From positions 544,001 through 608,000 of the forward strand of contig CAWAHW010000004.1 in the NCBI GenBank assembly GCA_963781885.1: 64,000 nt of DNA, written 5' to 3'. Position 1 is the first letter of the stretch, and every line of letters begins with the position of its first letter. The position numbers were made by a program, and so were the translations under genes. The notes beneath the pieces are model-generated. The model saw only the letters and a list, made by a program, of their open reading frames with translations, searched no databases and was not told where the DNA came from. Shown in pieces: positions 20,032 to 29,662 of this stretch. The stretch is from an uncultured Spirochaetota bacterium (GTDB taxonomy: Bacteria; Spirochaetota; Spirochaetia; SZUA-6; Fen-1364).

Positions 20032-21099
20032 CTACAGGTGTGAATCGGGCGGGCCTTCGGCGGAGGAGACCGCCACGCCGTCGCCGATCCCGGGGGCAAT
20101 CGTGGAATCGACGCCGATCGCGCTCCACAATTCCGGCGGGCCCTGTCCAATACGCCAGAAGGATACGGAGGCGACATTCTTCGCCTGATACAGCTTGAGC
20201 TTTTCCAGGATCGTGCGCGTGTCGTCATAAAAGACCTTCACGACGACGCTCTCAGAATACTCGAACCAGGCGCCCAGCTCGGAGGCATAGTTGGGCGTGC
20301 TCTTCTTTTCCGCGACGATGTCCTGCACGTTGCTGAAGCGCAGGGTGCGCGCAAGCCTCTTGTCCTGCCACGAGCGGCCGTAGAGGGGAAGGCCCATGAT
20401 CAGCTTGTCGCCGCTGACCGTTGCCCGGGCATACGCCGCCACCTTTGCGCACCACGCAAGCGACGCGACGGGACCCGGTTCGCTCGTGCTCCAGTGCTCG
20501 TCGTAGGCCATGATGACCATGCGGTCCACGTGGGGGGCAATCTGCGCATAGTCGTAAGCGTCGGAGATCTGCGCGACGCGCGCCGGCACGGCAACGCTCA
20601 GCATCTTCCCGGCCGGCAGCTTCTGCCGCAGGTCGCTCAGGAAGCCGAAAAAGTAGGAGGCGTCGTCTGCGGACACCGCCTCGAAGTCGATCTGCACGCC
20701 GTCGTAATCCGCCGAGAGCCGACAGATGTCGTCGACGAGAAGGGGGCGCACCCCGTATTCCGGATCCAGCGAAAAGTGCATGAGAGAGCTGTTTGAAAGC
20801 TCGGCAACCACGACGTCAACCCGGGGCTTTATCCCGTTCTTGAACACGACGGCGGGCCGGGCGAGCGCGCTTGCAAGTCTTCCATCCTTGCTGAGGCCGA
20901 CCCCGAAATAGCAGAGGTCCGTGATCGGCTCCGTGCCCGTCAGCTCCTTTTCCTCGCCCTGCATGAGATATGCCCATATCTCCTTGAACACGGGTCTGGT
21001 CGAATCGTCGTCGATCTCCCTTGCGGGCGCTGCCGACGGCGCGAGCACGCAAATAAAGCAGGCAACGGAGAGAACAAGAAAACGGTTGGAGGGTCGCAT
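20032..21099 (-). CDS. Exported glycoside hydrolase family 18
   Basis: Signal peptide, DGVQIDFE, MAYDEH, MGLPLYG, FWRIG. Confidence 0.85.
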   Translation of the reverse strand: MRPSNRFLVLSVACFICVLAPSAAPAREIDDDSTRPVFKEIWAYLMQGEEKELTGTEPITDLCYFGVGLSKDGRLASALARPAVVFKNGIKPRVDVVVAELSNSSLMHFSLDPEYGVRPLLVDDICRLSADYDGVQIDFEAVSADDASYFFGFLSDLRQKLPAGKMLSVAVPARVAQISDAYDYAQIAPHVDRMVIMAYDEHWSTSEPGPVASLAWCAKVAAYARATVSGDKLIMGLPLYGRSWQDKRLARTLRFSNVQDIVAEKKSTPNYASELGAWFEYSESVVVKVFYDDTRTILEKLKLYQAKNVASVSFWRIGQGPPELWSAIGVDSTIAPGIGDGVAVSSAEGPPDSHL

Positions 21100-21247
21100 A
21101 GGATGGGGGTCTCCTCCCTTTGATGCTATCCGCACGGGAAGGTGGAGTCAACGACCGTCTGCGATCGTCTGCGATCGCTTCCGCGGACGCGCGGGTCCTT
21201 TGTGCTTTGCCTTTGCACTTCCGCGACAGGTTTCATATAGTGGCGCC

Positions 21248-22030
21248 ATGATTCAAATAGTCGACCTCACGCGCGCCTACGGCAGATTTGTCGCCGTGGA
21301 CCGGATGCGCCTGGAGATTCCCGCCGGTGTCATCTTCGGCCTGCTGGGGCCCAATGGGGCGGGAAAGACAACCACCGTGAAATGCATCGCCGGCCTGCTG
21401 CGGCCCACCAGCGGGAAGGTGCGGGTGAACGGCATCGACGTGGTGGAAAAGCCGATGGACGTGAAGGCCATGCTGGGCTACGTGCCGGAGAACCCCGTTC
21501 TCTTCAAGGCGCTCACCGGCCGGGAGATCCTCACGCTCGTCGGAAGGCTGCACCGGATGGCGGAAGAGTCGCTTCCCGGCCGCATCAACGAGCTCCTCGG
21601 CGCGCTGGGGCTGCGCGGCAAGGCGGACGAGCAGGTCCAATCCTATTCCAAGGGCATGGGGCAGAAGGTCGCCATCGCGGCGGCGCTGCTTCCCAACCCT
21701 CAGGTGCTGATCCTGGATGAAGCGCTGAACGGCCTCGACGCCGCATCCGCCGCCGTGCTGAAAAAGCTTCTCCGCGGCCTCGCGGATGCAGGCAAGACCG
21801 TGGTCTTCTGCTCCCACATGCTGGACGTGGTGGAGCGCCTGTGCGACGAGATCGCGATCGTCGCGGCCGGGTGCATCCGCGCCCAGGGAAGCGTCGCCTC
21901 CATCATGGCGCGCAGCGGCGCCTCCACCCTCGAGCAGGCATTCATCTCGCTCACGGGTGAGACGGACGTGGAGAGCGAGGCATCGGAGATCCTTGCGGCC
22001 CTGTCCGGGGACGGGAGCGCGGGCGCATGA
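21248..22030 (+). CDS. ABC transporter ATP-binding protein
   Basis: GPNGAGKT, YSKGM, ILDE, SH; TTGCAC-N17-TATAGT-N6-ATG upstream. Confidence 0.92.
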   Translation: MIQIVDLTRAYGRFVAVDRMRLEIPAGVIFGLLGPNGAGKTTTVKCIAGLLRPTSGKVRVNGIDVVEKPMDVKAMLGYVPENPVLFKALTGREILTLVGRLHRMAEESLPGRINELLGALGLRGKADEQVQSYSKGMGQKVAIAAALLPNPQVLILDEALNGLDAASAAVLKKLLRGLADAGKTVVFCSHMLDVVERLCDEIAIVAAGCIRAQGSVASIMARSGASTLEQAFISLTGETDVESEASEILAALSGDGSAGA

Positions 22031-23622
22031 GGTCCGCGGCGCGCGGGAGGGAGTGGGCGCAGACGCGCGAGATTGCGCGCGCAACGCTCCGCCAGGAGCT
22101 TCCCTCGGGCGGCACGGGCGCGCGCGGCAAGCGCGTGTGGATCTTTGCCACCCTGTTCACCTATTTCTTCGTCGGGCTCCTCGTGGCAGGAAGCCTGGCC
22201 CGCGGCGCGGACCCTCTCGCCGTCGGTCTTTTTGCCGTCACCGCGTGCATGCTGCTCGTGGCGATCTTCGTGGTGTTCGAGTTCGCCACGCTCGTGACGG
22301 GGCCCGACGACCTCGCCTTCTACCTGCCGCTGCCTGTCGAGCCGCGCGCCTACGTCGACGCAAAGGTCGGCGTCACGTGCCTCTTCGTGCTCGTTTTTGC
22401 GCTTGCCTTCGCGTTTCCCGCCCTCATCATCGTGCCCGCCGCGCGCGGACCGGTGTGGCTCCTGGCGCCGTACCTGTACGCGCTCCTGGACGGAGCGCTC
22501 CTCTCCGCGCTTGGAATCGCGACCATCCTGGGCTTCGTGGTCCGACGGGTGCCCCATGCCCGTCTCCGCGATGCCGCATCCTGGGTCCAGATGCTGATCA
22601 TCATGGCGGTCTACGGCGGCTTCACCCTGTTCCAACGCGCGCTTGCCGCAAAGCCGCAGGGGTCCCGGCTGGAGCTCTCGCCGCTCCTGCTCCTGGCGCC
22701 AAGCGCCTGGCCGGCATCGCTGGTACGCTGGGGAGAAGGTGCCCTGCCGGCAATCGGGCTTGCCCTATCCCTTGCGGTGCCGATCCTCCTGTTCCTCGCG
22801 GTCCGCGGGATGCTGTCCCGCTCCTATGCGGGAGCCATGGCAGAGGCCGCAATCGCCGCGCCCATTCGGCGCGCCCCGGCGAGCGGCGGCGCGGCATGGT
22901 TGTGGAGGGGCCCGGAAGAGCGCGCGATGGCGCTCTTGATCGGAAGGCTCTTCCGCCGCGATTCCCGGTTTCGCACCAGCATTCTCACGATCATCCCGAT
23001 CACCGTGGCCTACATCGGCGTCATCCTGCTCGTCAACAGGACGCCCTTGCTGGATCCCTTCACGCCGCAGGGCCGCGCGACATTTGCTGCCACCCTCATG
23101 CTCTACATAGGGATCGGCGTCTACCCCGCCCTTGTGAAAGGCGCGCTCACCTTCACGAACGATGCAAGCGTGGGCTGGGTCTTTTTCGCCTCCCCTGCCG
23201 ACCCGCTCCTGCTCCTGCGCGCCGCGCGGCGCTTCATCCTGGTTTTCTTCATTGCGCCGTACTTGCTCGTCCTGGGAGCGGCGTATGCGCTTTTCACCGG
23301 CGCCCTCTGGCATACGCTGCAGCATTTCATCCTGATCGCCTGCCTAGTCGTGATCGAGACGGACGTCATGCTTTTTTTCTTCCCGCAGCGACCCTTTTCC
23401 ATCGAAGCCGCCGCGGGCCAGCAAGGCGGAGCGATGCTCCTGCAGACGTTGGCCGGCATGCTCATCCTCCTCCCCCTCTACCTTCTCGTGATCCTCGTCT
23501 ACCCGCACCCGTTTGCATTCTGGCCGGCGCTGGCCGGCATCGTCGCCTGCCTCGCGGTGGTTCGGGTCATGGGCCGCCGGTACGCAGCCTCCCGGCTCTC
23601 ACGCGAGGAGCTCCTGGCGTAG
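22027..23622 (+). CDS. ABC exporter permease (many TM segments)
   Basis: ATGA overlap with the ATPase; LPLPV...DAK motif; 12 or more hydrophobic segments. Confidence 0.75.
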   Translation: MRSAARGREWAQTREIARATLRQELPSGGTGARGKRVWIFATLFTYFFVGLLVAGSLARGADPLAVGLFAVTACMLLVAIFVVFEFATLVTGPDDLAFYLPLPVEPRAYVDAKVGVTCLFVLVFALAFAFPALIIVPAARGPVWLLAPYLYALLDGALLSALGIATILGFVVRRVPHARLRDAASWVQMLIIMAVYGGFTLFQRALAAKPQGSRLELSPLLLLAPSAWPASLVRWGEGALPAIGLALSLAVPILLFLAVRGMLSRSYAGAMAEAAIAAPIRRAPASGGAAWLWRGPEERAMALLIGRLFRRDSRFRTSILTIIPITVAYIGVILLVNRTPLLDPFTPQGRATFAATLMLYIGIGVYPALVKGALTFTNDASVGWVFFASPADPLLLLRAARRFILVFFIAPYLLVLGAAYALFTGALWHTLQHFILIACLVVIETDVMLFFFPQRPFSIEAAAGQQGGAMLLQTLAGMLILLPLYLLVILVYPHPFAFWPALAGIVACLAVVRVMGRRYAASRLSREELLA

Positions 23623-23690
23623 GACGGGAGATCGACTGCGAAGCACATGGGCGCACCCGGTAGTCGGGAGAAAACGCGCTTTTTTTGGGT

Positions 23691-23758
23691 TTGACATTTC
23701 TGAATCTCCGTGATACGGTGAGATTGAGTTTGGTGAATCGTTTCACTAAATCGATTAA
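23691..23758 (+). promoter_or_regulatory. Promoter and tandem LacI-type operators
   Basis: TTGACA-N17-TACGGT; GTGAATCGTTTCAC (23733-23746) and TAAATCGATTAA (23747-23758). Confidence 0.65.
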
Positions 23759-23766
23759 TAAGGCAT

Positions 23767-24841
23767 ATGGAAAGCAGAAAAGGTTCAGGAAAAAGGGCGA
23801 CACTCAAGGACGTAGCCACCCTTGCCGGCGTCTCCACGACGCTCGTCTCCAACATCATCAACAAGGTGCCCGGCTCCATCCCCCAGGGAACTCGCGCGCG
23901 GGTGTTCAGCGCCATCGACGAGCTGCAATACGTGCCCAGCGCCATGGCGCGCGGCCTCAGGAGCAAAAAGACCCATGTCATCGCGCAGCTCGTCCTCCAT
24001 CATAAGCCGACTCTCACCACGGCCGATCCCTGCCTTGCGGGAAAGACATCGGCGCTCCTGGACTACCTCCTCCCGCACGGGTACTACCATCTTACCTATC
24101 CGGTTCCCGAGGGCGAGATCCACAAGCGCGAGCTCATGACGTTCCTGAAGAGCTATCGCGTGGATGGCCTTGTCATTGACCATTCATTGGAGGAGGACCC
24201 GATCATTGAGCTCGTGGCGCGGACGGGTCTTCCCTTCGTCGTCTACGACCAGGCCTCCGCGCCGTGCGAAGGATCGGCCGTCGTGAATATGGACGACGAG
24301 GCGGGCATACGACTCACCACCGGGCACCTCATCGCGCGCGGTCACACGCGCATCGGTTTCCTGCAGGGGGAGATCAGGTCGTGGTGCGACCGCCGGCGGC
24401 TTGAGACCTTCAAGAAGGTCCTGGCCGAGCATCGCATTCCCCTGCGCGAGGAGTGGATACGGGGCGACGGGTCCTCCTCCATGGAGGATGGGTATCGGTC
24501 CACCGGGGAGATGCTCGATCTGCCGGAAGCGCCGACGGCGATTGCCGCAACGGGCGACCTTCTTGCAATTGGCGCGCTGCGTCAGGCGCGTGACCGCGGC
24601 CTGCGGGTGCCGGAGGACATCGCGCTGATCGGTTTCGACGACATCCCCACCGTCTCCCTGCTCACCCCGCCGCTTTCCACCGTTGCCCTCTCCTACGCGC
24701 GCATGGGAGAGCTGGCAGGCCAACAGCTCCTGACGCTGATCGAGCAGCCTTCGCTGCGGCTACGAGCCGGTGACGGTCCCCGTCCGCCTTGTGGAGCGCG
24801 CCTCGACAGCGGCGACACGCGAGCAATCCGGGCCGCCATGA
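23767..24841 (+). CDS. LacI family regulator (indel near 24760 artificially fuses it to the next gene)
   Basis: LKDVATLAGVS HTH; the expected C-terminus EPVTVPVRLVERAST...* is in the +1 frame, ending at TGA 24839-24841. Confidence 0.85.
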
Positions 24842-24882
24842 GCGGTCCGGCTAAGTCTTCCGAAGAGAAAGGAGCATCGGGT

Positions 24883-26157
24883 ATGAACAAAACGCTTCTC
24901 TGTCTTTTCTGCTTCGTCCTTGCCGTGGGCTTCGCCTGGGGCGCCGACCAGAAGCAGCTGTCGATCTGGATCGATGAGAACGACAAGGAAGGCCAGGAGA
25001 TCGTCGCCGACTGGCAGGCTGCCCACCCGGATGTGAACGTGGTCATCACGCAGAAGCACGGGGACTACAAGCAGGAGCAGCAGCTCGCCATGCAGAGCGG
25101 CACGGGTCCTGACCTCCTGTACGTGAACCAGAGCGCGAGCGAGATGGGCGTGTTCGCAAACCAGGGCCTCGTCATCTCCCTGGCCCCGTACTACAAGAAG
25201 TACGGCTGGGACAAGACGATCGGTGCCTCCTTCCTCAAGCCGAACTACTGGGACACGAATACCCACATGCTGGGCGTCGGCGTTCCCTACACCATCGGCA
25301 GCGCCATCGAGTGCGCGGTCGGCTACTACAACAAGGACCTCTTTGCAAAGGCCGGCATCGCAAAGCCGCCTGCCACCTGGGACGACTGGGAGAAGGACCT
25401 CGCCACGCTCAAGAAGGCCGGCATCACACCCATCGTCACGGGCATCACCGGCGACTCCGGCTGGTGCGCGCTGCACCAGGTACAGGTCCAGACGGAGCGG
25501 TTCATGAGCCGCGCGCAGGTGAACGCGTACATCTTCGCGACAAAGGGCGCGTCGTTCAATCTGCCCGAGGTCATCAAGGGCGCGAAGAACATCCAGGACT
25601 GGGTGAAGAAGGGATACTACAATGACGGCTTCACCGGCGTGGGATGGGACGACTCGGAGAAGATGTTCGTGGCGGGCAAGGGCGCGATGTTCATGAGCGG
25701 CACCTGGGCGGCGCAGGATTTCACCAACTACGCCAAGGACACCCCCGTCAACTGGGACGTGTTCAAGCTGCCTTCGAAAATGGTCTTCGGAGCCAATTCC
25801 ACCGGCATCGGGATCGAGACAACCTGCAAGTATCCCGACGTGGCGGCGGACCTCATCAACGCGCTGGTCATGGACTACGCGCATCACCTGAAATGGAACT
25901 TCCTCCCCCTCAACCTGCCGGCGCTTCTCAAGGACAAGACGGTCGATCTCTCCCCGCAGTACAAGAACATGATCGCCGCCATCAACCAGGTGAGCGCGGA
26001 GGACGGTCTGGGCTACTATTATGACTGGCCGACGCCAAGCATGTATGACACAATGACGGCCAACTGCCAGAAGCTGATGGGAATGCAGATCACCCCGGAG
26101 GACTTTGCAAAGGCAATCGACAAGGATCTCCAGGCGTACATTGCGACGCGGAAATAG
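24883..26157 (+). CDS. Carbohydrate ABC transporter solute-binding protein (family 1)
   Basis: AAAGGAG RBS, signal peptide MNKTLLCLF, GPDL, YYNKDLFAKAGI, GKGAM. Confidence 0.9.
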   Translation: MNKTLLCLFCFVLAVGFAWGADQKQLSIWIDENDKEGQEIVADWQAAHPDVNVVITQKHGDYKQEQQLAMQSGTGPDLLYVNQSASEMGVFANQGLVISLAPYYKKYGWDKTIGASFLKPNYWDTNTHMLGVGVPYTIGSAIECAVGYYNKDLFAKAGIAKPPATWDDWEKDLATLKKAGITPIVTGITGDSGWCALHQVQVQTERFMSRAQVNAYIFATKGASFNLPEVIKGAKNIQDWVKKGYYNDGFTGVGWDDSEKMFVAGKGAMFMSGTWAAQDFTNYAKDTPVNWDVFKLPSKMVFGANSTGIGIETTCKYPDVAADLINALVMDYAHHLKWNFLPLNLPALLKDKTVDLSPQYKNMIAAINQVSAEDGLGYYYDWPTPSMYDTMTANCQKLMGMQITPEDFAKAIDKDLQAYIATRK

Positions 26158-26165
26158 CTCGCACT

Positions 26166-26193
26166 GACGGCACGGCGCGCGCGCCGTGCCGTC
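26166..26193. repeat. Perfect 28-bp palindrome (stem-loop) after the SBP gene
   Basis: GACGGCACGGCGCG-CGCGCCGTGCCGTC. Confidence 0.8.
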
Positions 26194-26215
26194 CCCCGGA
26201 GAGGAGGGAGGCTCC

Positions 26216-27097
26216 ATGCTCAGAAAAACCCCGGCGATACGCGCGCGAGAGATGCTGGTCTTCCTCTTCCCCGGTCTCCTTCTCTATCTTGCCTTCTTCC
26301 TGGTGCCCACGGCCCAGGGGTTCCTCTTCAGTCTCTTCAGCTGGGAGGGGTATCGCAGGGGCGCATTCGTGGGGTTTGCGAACTTCTCGCGGATGTTCAC
26401 CGACGACACCCTGAGGGAGGCGATCCGGAACGTCCTGTATTTCATGGTGGTGTACGCCACCGTGCCGGTCGTGCTCGGCCTGCTCTGCGCGGCGGTCCTC
26501 TCCCGCGCACGGGTCAGGGGTCTGCTGGCGTTCCGCAGCATCTTCTACCTGCCGCAGGTCTTCAATCTCACGGCAGTGGGGATCCTCTTCCGGTGGATCG
26601 CGCATCCCGACTATGGCATCGTCAATTCCGCGCTTGGCTGGCTGGGGCTCAACGCATGGCGGCGGCCGTGGCTGGGGGATCCGGCGACGGCGATCCACGC
26701 CGTCGGCCTCATGACGGTCTGGTACATGTACGGCTACGTGATGGTGATCTTCTTCGCGGGGATGCAGAGGATATCGGAGAGCCTCTACGAGGCGGCCGCC
26801 CTTGACGGGGCGGGCGCGGCGCGGCAGCTTTTCAGTATCACGGTGCCGGCCCTGCGGAACGAGTTCACCATCATCATCATCCTGATGCTCATCAACGCGC
26901 TGAACACCTATCCCATGATCGCCGCGGCCACCAATGGCGGCCCCGGCTACTCGACAATGGTGCCCGCGCTGTACGGGTTCCGTGTCTTCGGGTTCCAGAA
27001 CAATGTCGGCTACGGCTCGGCCATCATCAACTCGCTGGTCGTCGTCACCATCGTGATCTCCGCCAGCATCTATCTCGTGCGCGAGAGGGAAGGGTGA
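26216..27097 (+). CDS. Carbohydrate ABC permease 1
   Basis: FVGFANF, EAA loop LYEAAALDGA, TNGGPG. Confidence 0.92.
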   Translation: MLRKTPAIRAREMLVFLFPGLLLYLAFFLVPTAQGFLFSLFSWEGYRRGAFVGFANFSRMFTDDTLREAIRNVLYFMVVYATVPVVLGLLCAAVLSRARVRGLLAFRSIFYLPQVFNLTAVGILFRWIAHPDYGIVNSALGWLGLNAWRRPWLGDPATAIHAVGLMTVWYMYGYVMVIFFAGMQRISESLYEAAALDGAGAARQLFSITVPALRNEFTIIIILMLINALNTYPMIAAATNGGPGYSTMVPALYGFRVFGFQNNVGYGSAIINSLVVVTIVISASIYLVREREG

Positions 27098-27967
27098 GCA
27101 TGCGCGCCGGACACGTCGGCCTGTCGGCCTGGCCCGCGGCGCGCGCCGCGGTGGCGCGCGTCATCCTCTACGCGCTCCTTGTCATGCTGGTCGTCATCAC
27201 CCTGTTGCCCGTTCTTACCCTCGTCCTTGCATCCTTCAAGAAGGACATGGAGCTGATCCAGGCCGGCGGCTTTGCGCTCCCCCGCGTGTTCCAGTGGGTG
27301 AACTACGCGCAGGCCTGGCAGAAAGGGCACCTGGGCATCTATTTCCTGAACACCGTCATCGTCACGCTGGCGGTCGTCATCCTCGGCATCGGTTTCGCGG
27401 TGCTCTGTGCGTTCAGCCTCGTCACGCTCCGGGTGCCCCTGCGCCGGCTGTGGTCGTTCCTGTTTCTCATCGGCATCATCTTCCCTGAGGCGTCCATCAT
27501 CATCCCTTCGTATTTCAACCTGCGCGCCCTGGGGCTGTACAACACCTACTGGGCGCTCATCCTGCCGCAGACGGCGATGAGCATCGCCTTCGGCGCGTTC
27601 TTCCTCCAACCCGCCCTGCGGAGCATCCCGCATGACCTGATTGACTGCGCGCAGCTCGACGGCTGCGGGAACTTCACGCTCCTGCGGCGGGTCATCGCTC
27701 CAATGCTCCAGCCCGCGGTCGCGGCTCTTGCCGTGTTCTTCTTCCTGGCCACGTGGAACGACTTCCTCGTGCCGTCGATCCTCGTGTCCCGGGACGAGCT
27801 GCGGACGCTGCCATTCGGTCTCCTGAGCTACCAGCAGCGCTACACCTCCAATGTGCCTCTGATCGCGGCCGGCGACAATGATCTCGGCCGCGCCGGTCAT
27901 CGTCTTCTATCTCATCTTCCAGCGCCAGGTGATCCAGGGCATCACCATGGGCGCCCTGAAAGAATAA
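27094..27967 (+). CDS. Carbohydrate ABC permease 2 (indel near 27871)
   Basis: LIDCAQLDGC, WNDFL; the C-terminus PVIVFYLIFQRQVIQGITMGALKE* is in another frame. Confidence 0.87.
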
Positions 27968-27978
27968 GAGGGGGATTC

Positions 27979-29379
27979 ATGGAGCGGACAAAAATCGTGG
28001 TCATCGGGGCGGGCAGCGCCTCCTTCGGCCTCACGAACCTCGGGGCGCTCCTGCGGACGGCGGAGCTGCGCGGCAGCGAGCTATGCCTCGTGGACACGAA
28101 CCAGGCGGGGCTGCGGTGGGTGAGCCGCCTGGCGGAACGGATGAACGAGCGATGGAAGGCGGGTTTCACGATCACCGCGAGCGCGGATCGCGCCCGCGTG
28201 CTCGCCGGCGCCAACTTCGTCATCCTCTCCGTCGCCGTCGATCGCGAGAAATGCTGGGGCATGGACCACGACCTTGCACGTCGCCACGGCATCATGCATT
28301 ACGCGGAGAACGGCGGGCCCGGCGCGCTCATGCACGGCGCGCGTAACATCGCCCTCATCATGCCCATCCTGCGCGACGTCGAGCGGCTCTGCCCGGACGC
28401 CTGGGTGCTGAACTTCACGAACCCGGTGCCCCGAATCTGCATCGCCGCCGCGCGCTACACGAACGTGAAGATGGTGGGGATCTGCCATCAGATCTTTTTT
28501 GGCTACTTCATCGTCGCCAACGTGCTGGCAAAGGAGATGGGCGTCGACGTGCCCCCGGACCTGAAGTTCCGCTGGCACGACCCGGTGAGCGAATCGCACA
28601 TCATGCGCCTCCACGAGGCGGCGGAAAAGAAGCTGGACATCCTGGCGGCGGGCATCAATCACTTCACGTGGATGCTCGGCATTCGGGAAAAGGGAAGCGG
28701 CCGCGATCTCTACCCGCTCTTCCGCGAGCGCTACCTGGACGGCTATGCTCATTTCGAGCCGCTCACGCGGGAGCTCTTCCGCCTCTTCAAGATCTGCCCC
28801 GTGCCGGGCGACTGTCACATGGTGGAGTACCTGCCGTACACGCACAACATGGCCTCCAACACCTGGGGTGCCTACGACATCCAGATGTACCCGCTGGGAA
28901 AGGCGTCCGCCGCGCGCGATGAGATGTGGGAGGACATCGAGGCGATGGCAAAAGGCGAAAAGCCGATCGATCACCTGCGGGAGGTGCATACCGAGAGAGC
29001 CGAGATCCTCATCGCCTCAATGCGTGCGAACACGCACTTCTATGAGCTCGCCGTGAATCTTCCCAACAAGGGCTACATTGAGAACCTGCCGCACGGCGCC
29101 ATCGTCGAGGTGCCGGCGGAAGTCAGTGCGACCGGCATACACGGGATCGGGGTCGGCCGATTGCCTGAGCCCGCCGCCGAGCTGTGCCGGCGCCAGATCA
29201 CCCTGGCTGAAATGGCCGTTGCATCGGGGGTCACCGGAGACTACGACCTGGGTCTGCAGGCATTGACAATCGACCCCATGATTGACGATCCCCGGGTCGC
29301 CCGCATGCTCTTCGACGACTATCTCGCGGCCCAGAAGGCGTACGTCCCGCAGTACTTTGCAAAGCCCACCTGGCTCTGA
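27979..29379 (+). CDS. NAD+-dependent glycoside hydrolase family 4 (alpha-galactosidase/alpha-glucosidase-like)
   Basis: IVVIGAGS, NFTNP, GICH, GINHF, IVEVP; has its own RBS. Confidence 0.9.
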   Translation: MERTKIVVIGAGSASFGLTNLGALLRTAELRGSELCLVDTNQAGLRWVSRLAERMNERWKAGFTITASADRARVLAGANFVILSVAVDREKCWGMDHDLARRHGIMHYAENGGPGALMHGARNIALIMPILRDVERLCPDAWVLNFTNPVPRICIAAARYTNVKMVGICHQIFFGYFIVANVLAKEMGVDVPPDLKFRWHDPVSESHIMRLHEAAEKKLDILAAGINHFTWMLGIREKGSGRDLYPLFRERYLDGYAHFEPLTRELFRLFKICPVPGDCHMVEYLPYTHNMASNTWGAYDIQMYPLGKASAARDEMWEDIEAMAKGEKPIDHLREVHTERAEILIASMRANTHFYELAVNLPNKGYIENLPHGAIVEVPAEVSATGIHGIGVGRLPEPAAELCRRQITLAEMAVASGVTGDYDLGLQALTIDPMIDDPRVARMLFDDYLAAQKAYVPQYFAKPTWL

Positions 29380-29662
29380 GGCGCGGCATATCGAGCGGAG
29401 CGCCCGGCCCCGCCCACTCAGCGTGCAAACGCCTCCGACTGACGGAGGCTACATCGGCACGAATCCAAAGCATGCACCCCAGGCTCCGTAGCTGGCGGAT
29501 ATCACATTGTTGCGCGTCGGAGGGACGGCGTACGTGAAGATCTGGCCGACGCTGTCGGCAATGTGCAACGACACGGCGGTGTCCGCCCAATGGATGGAAA
29601 TGGCTTGAACCTGGCCCGCCAGATAGGGAATGTCACAAAGCCCGAAGGGGACCGGAACGAGC

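Noticed and set aside
23767-26157. Apparent 796-aa LacI-solute-binding-protein fusion
   Set aside because: The normal LacI C-terminus and stop lie in the +1 frame, and the SBP has its own RBS and signal peptide; an indel artefact.
27094-29379. Apparent 761-aa permease-GH4 fusion
   Set aside because: The permease C-terminus and TAA (27965-27967) are in another frame, and GH4 has its own RBS and ATG.
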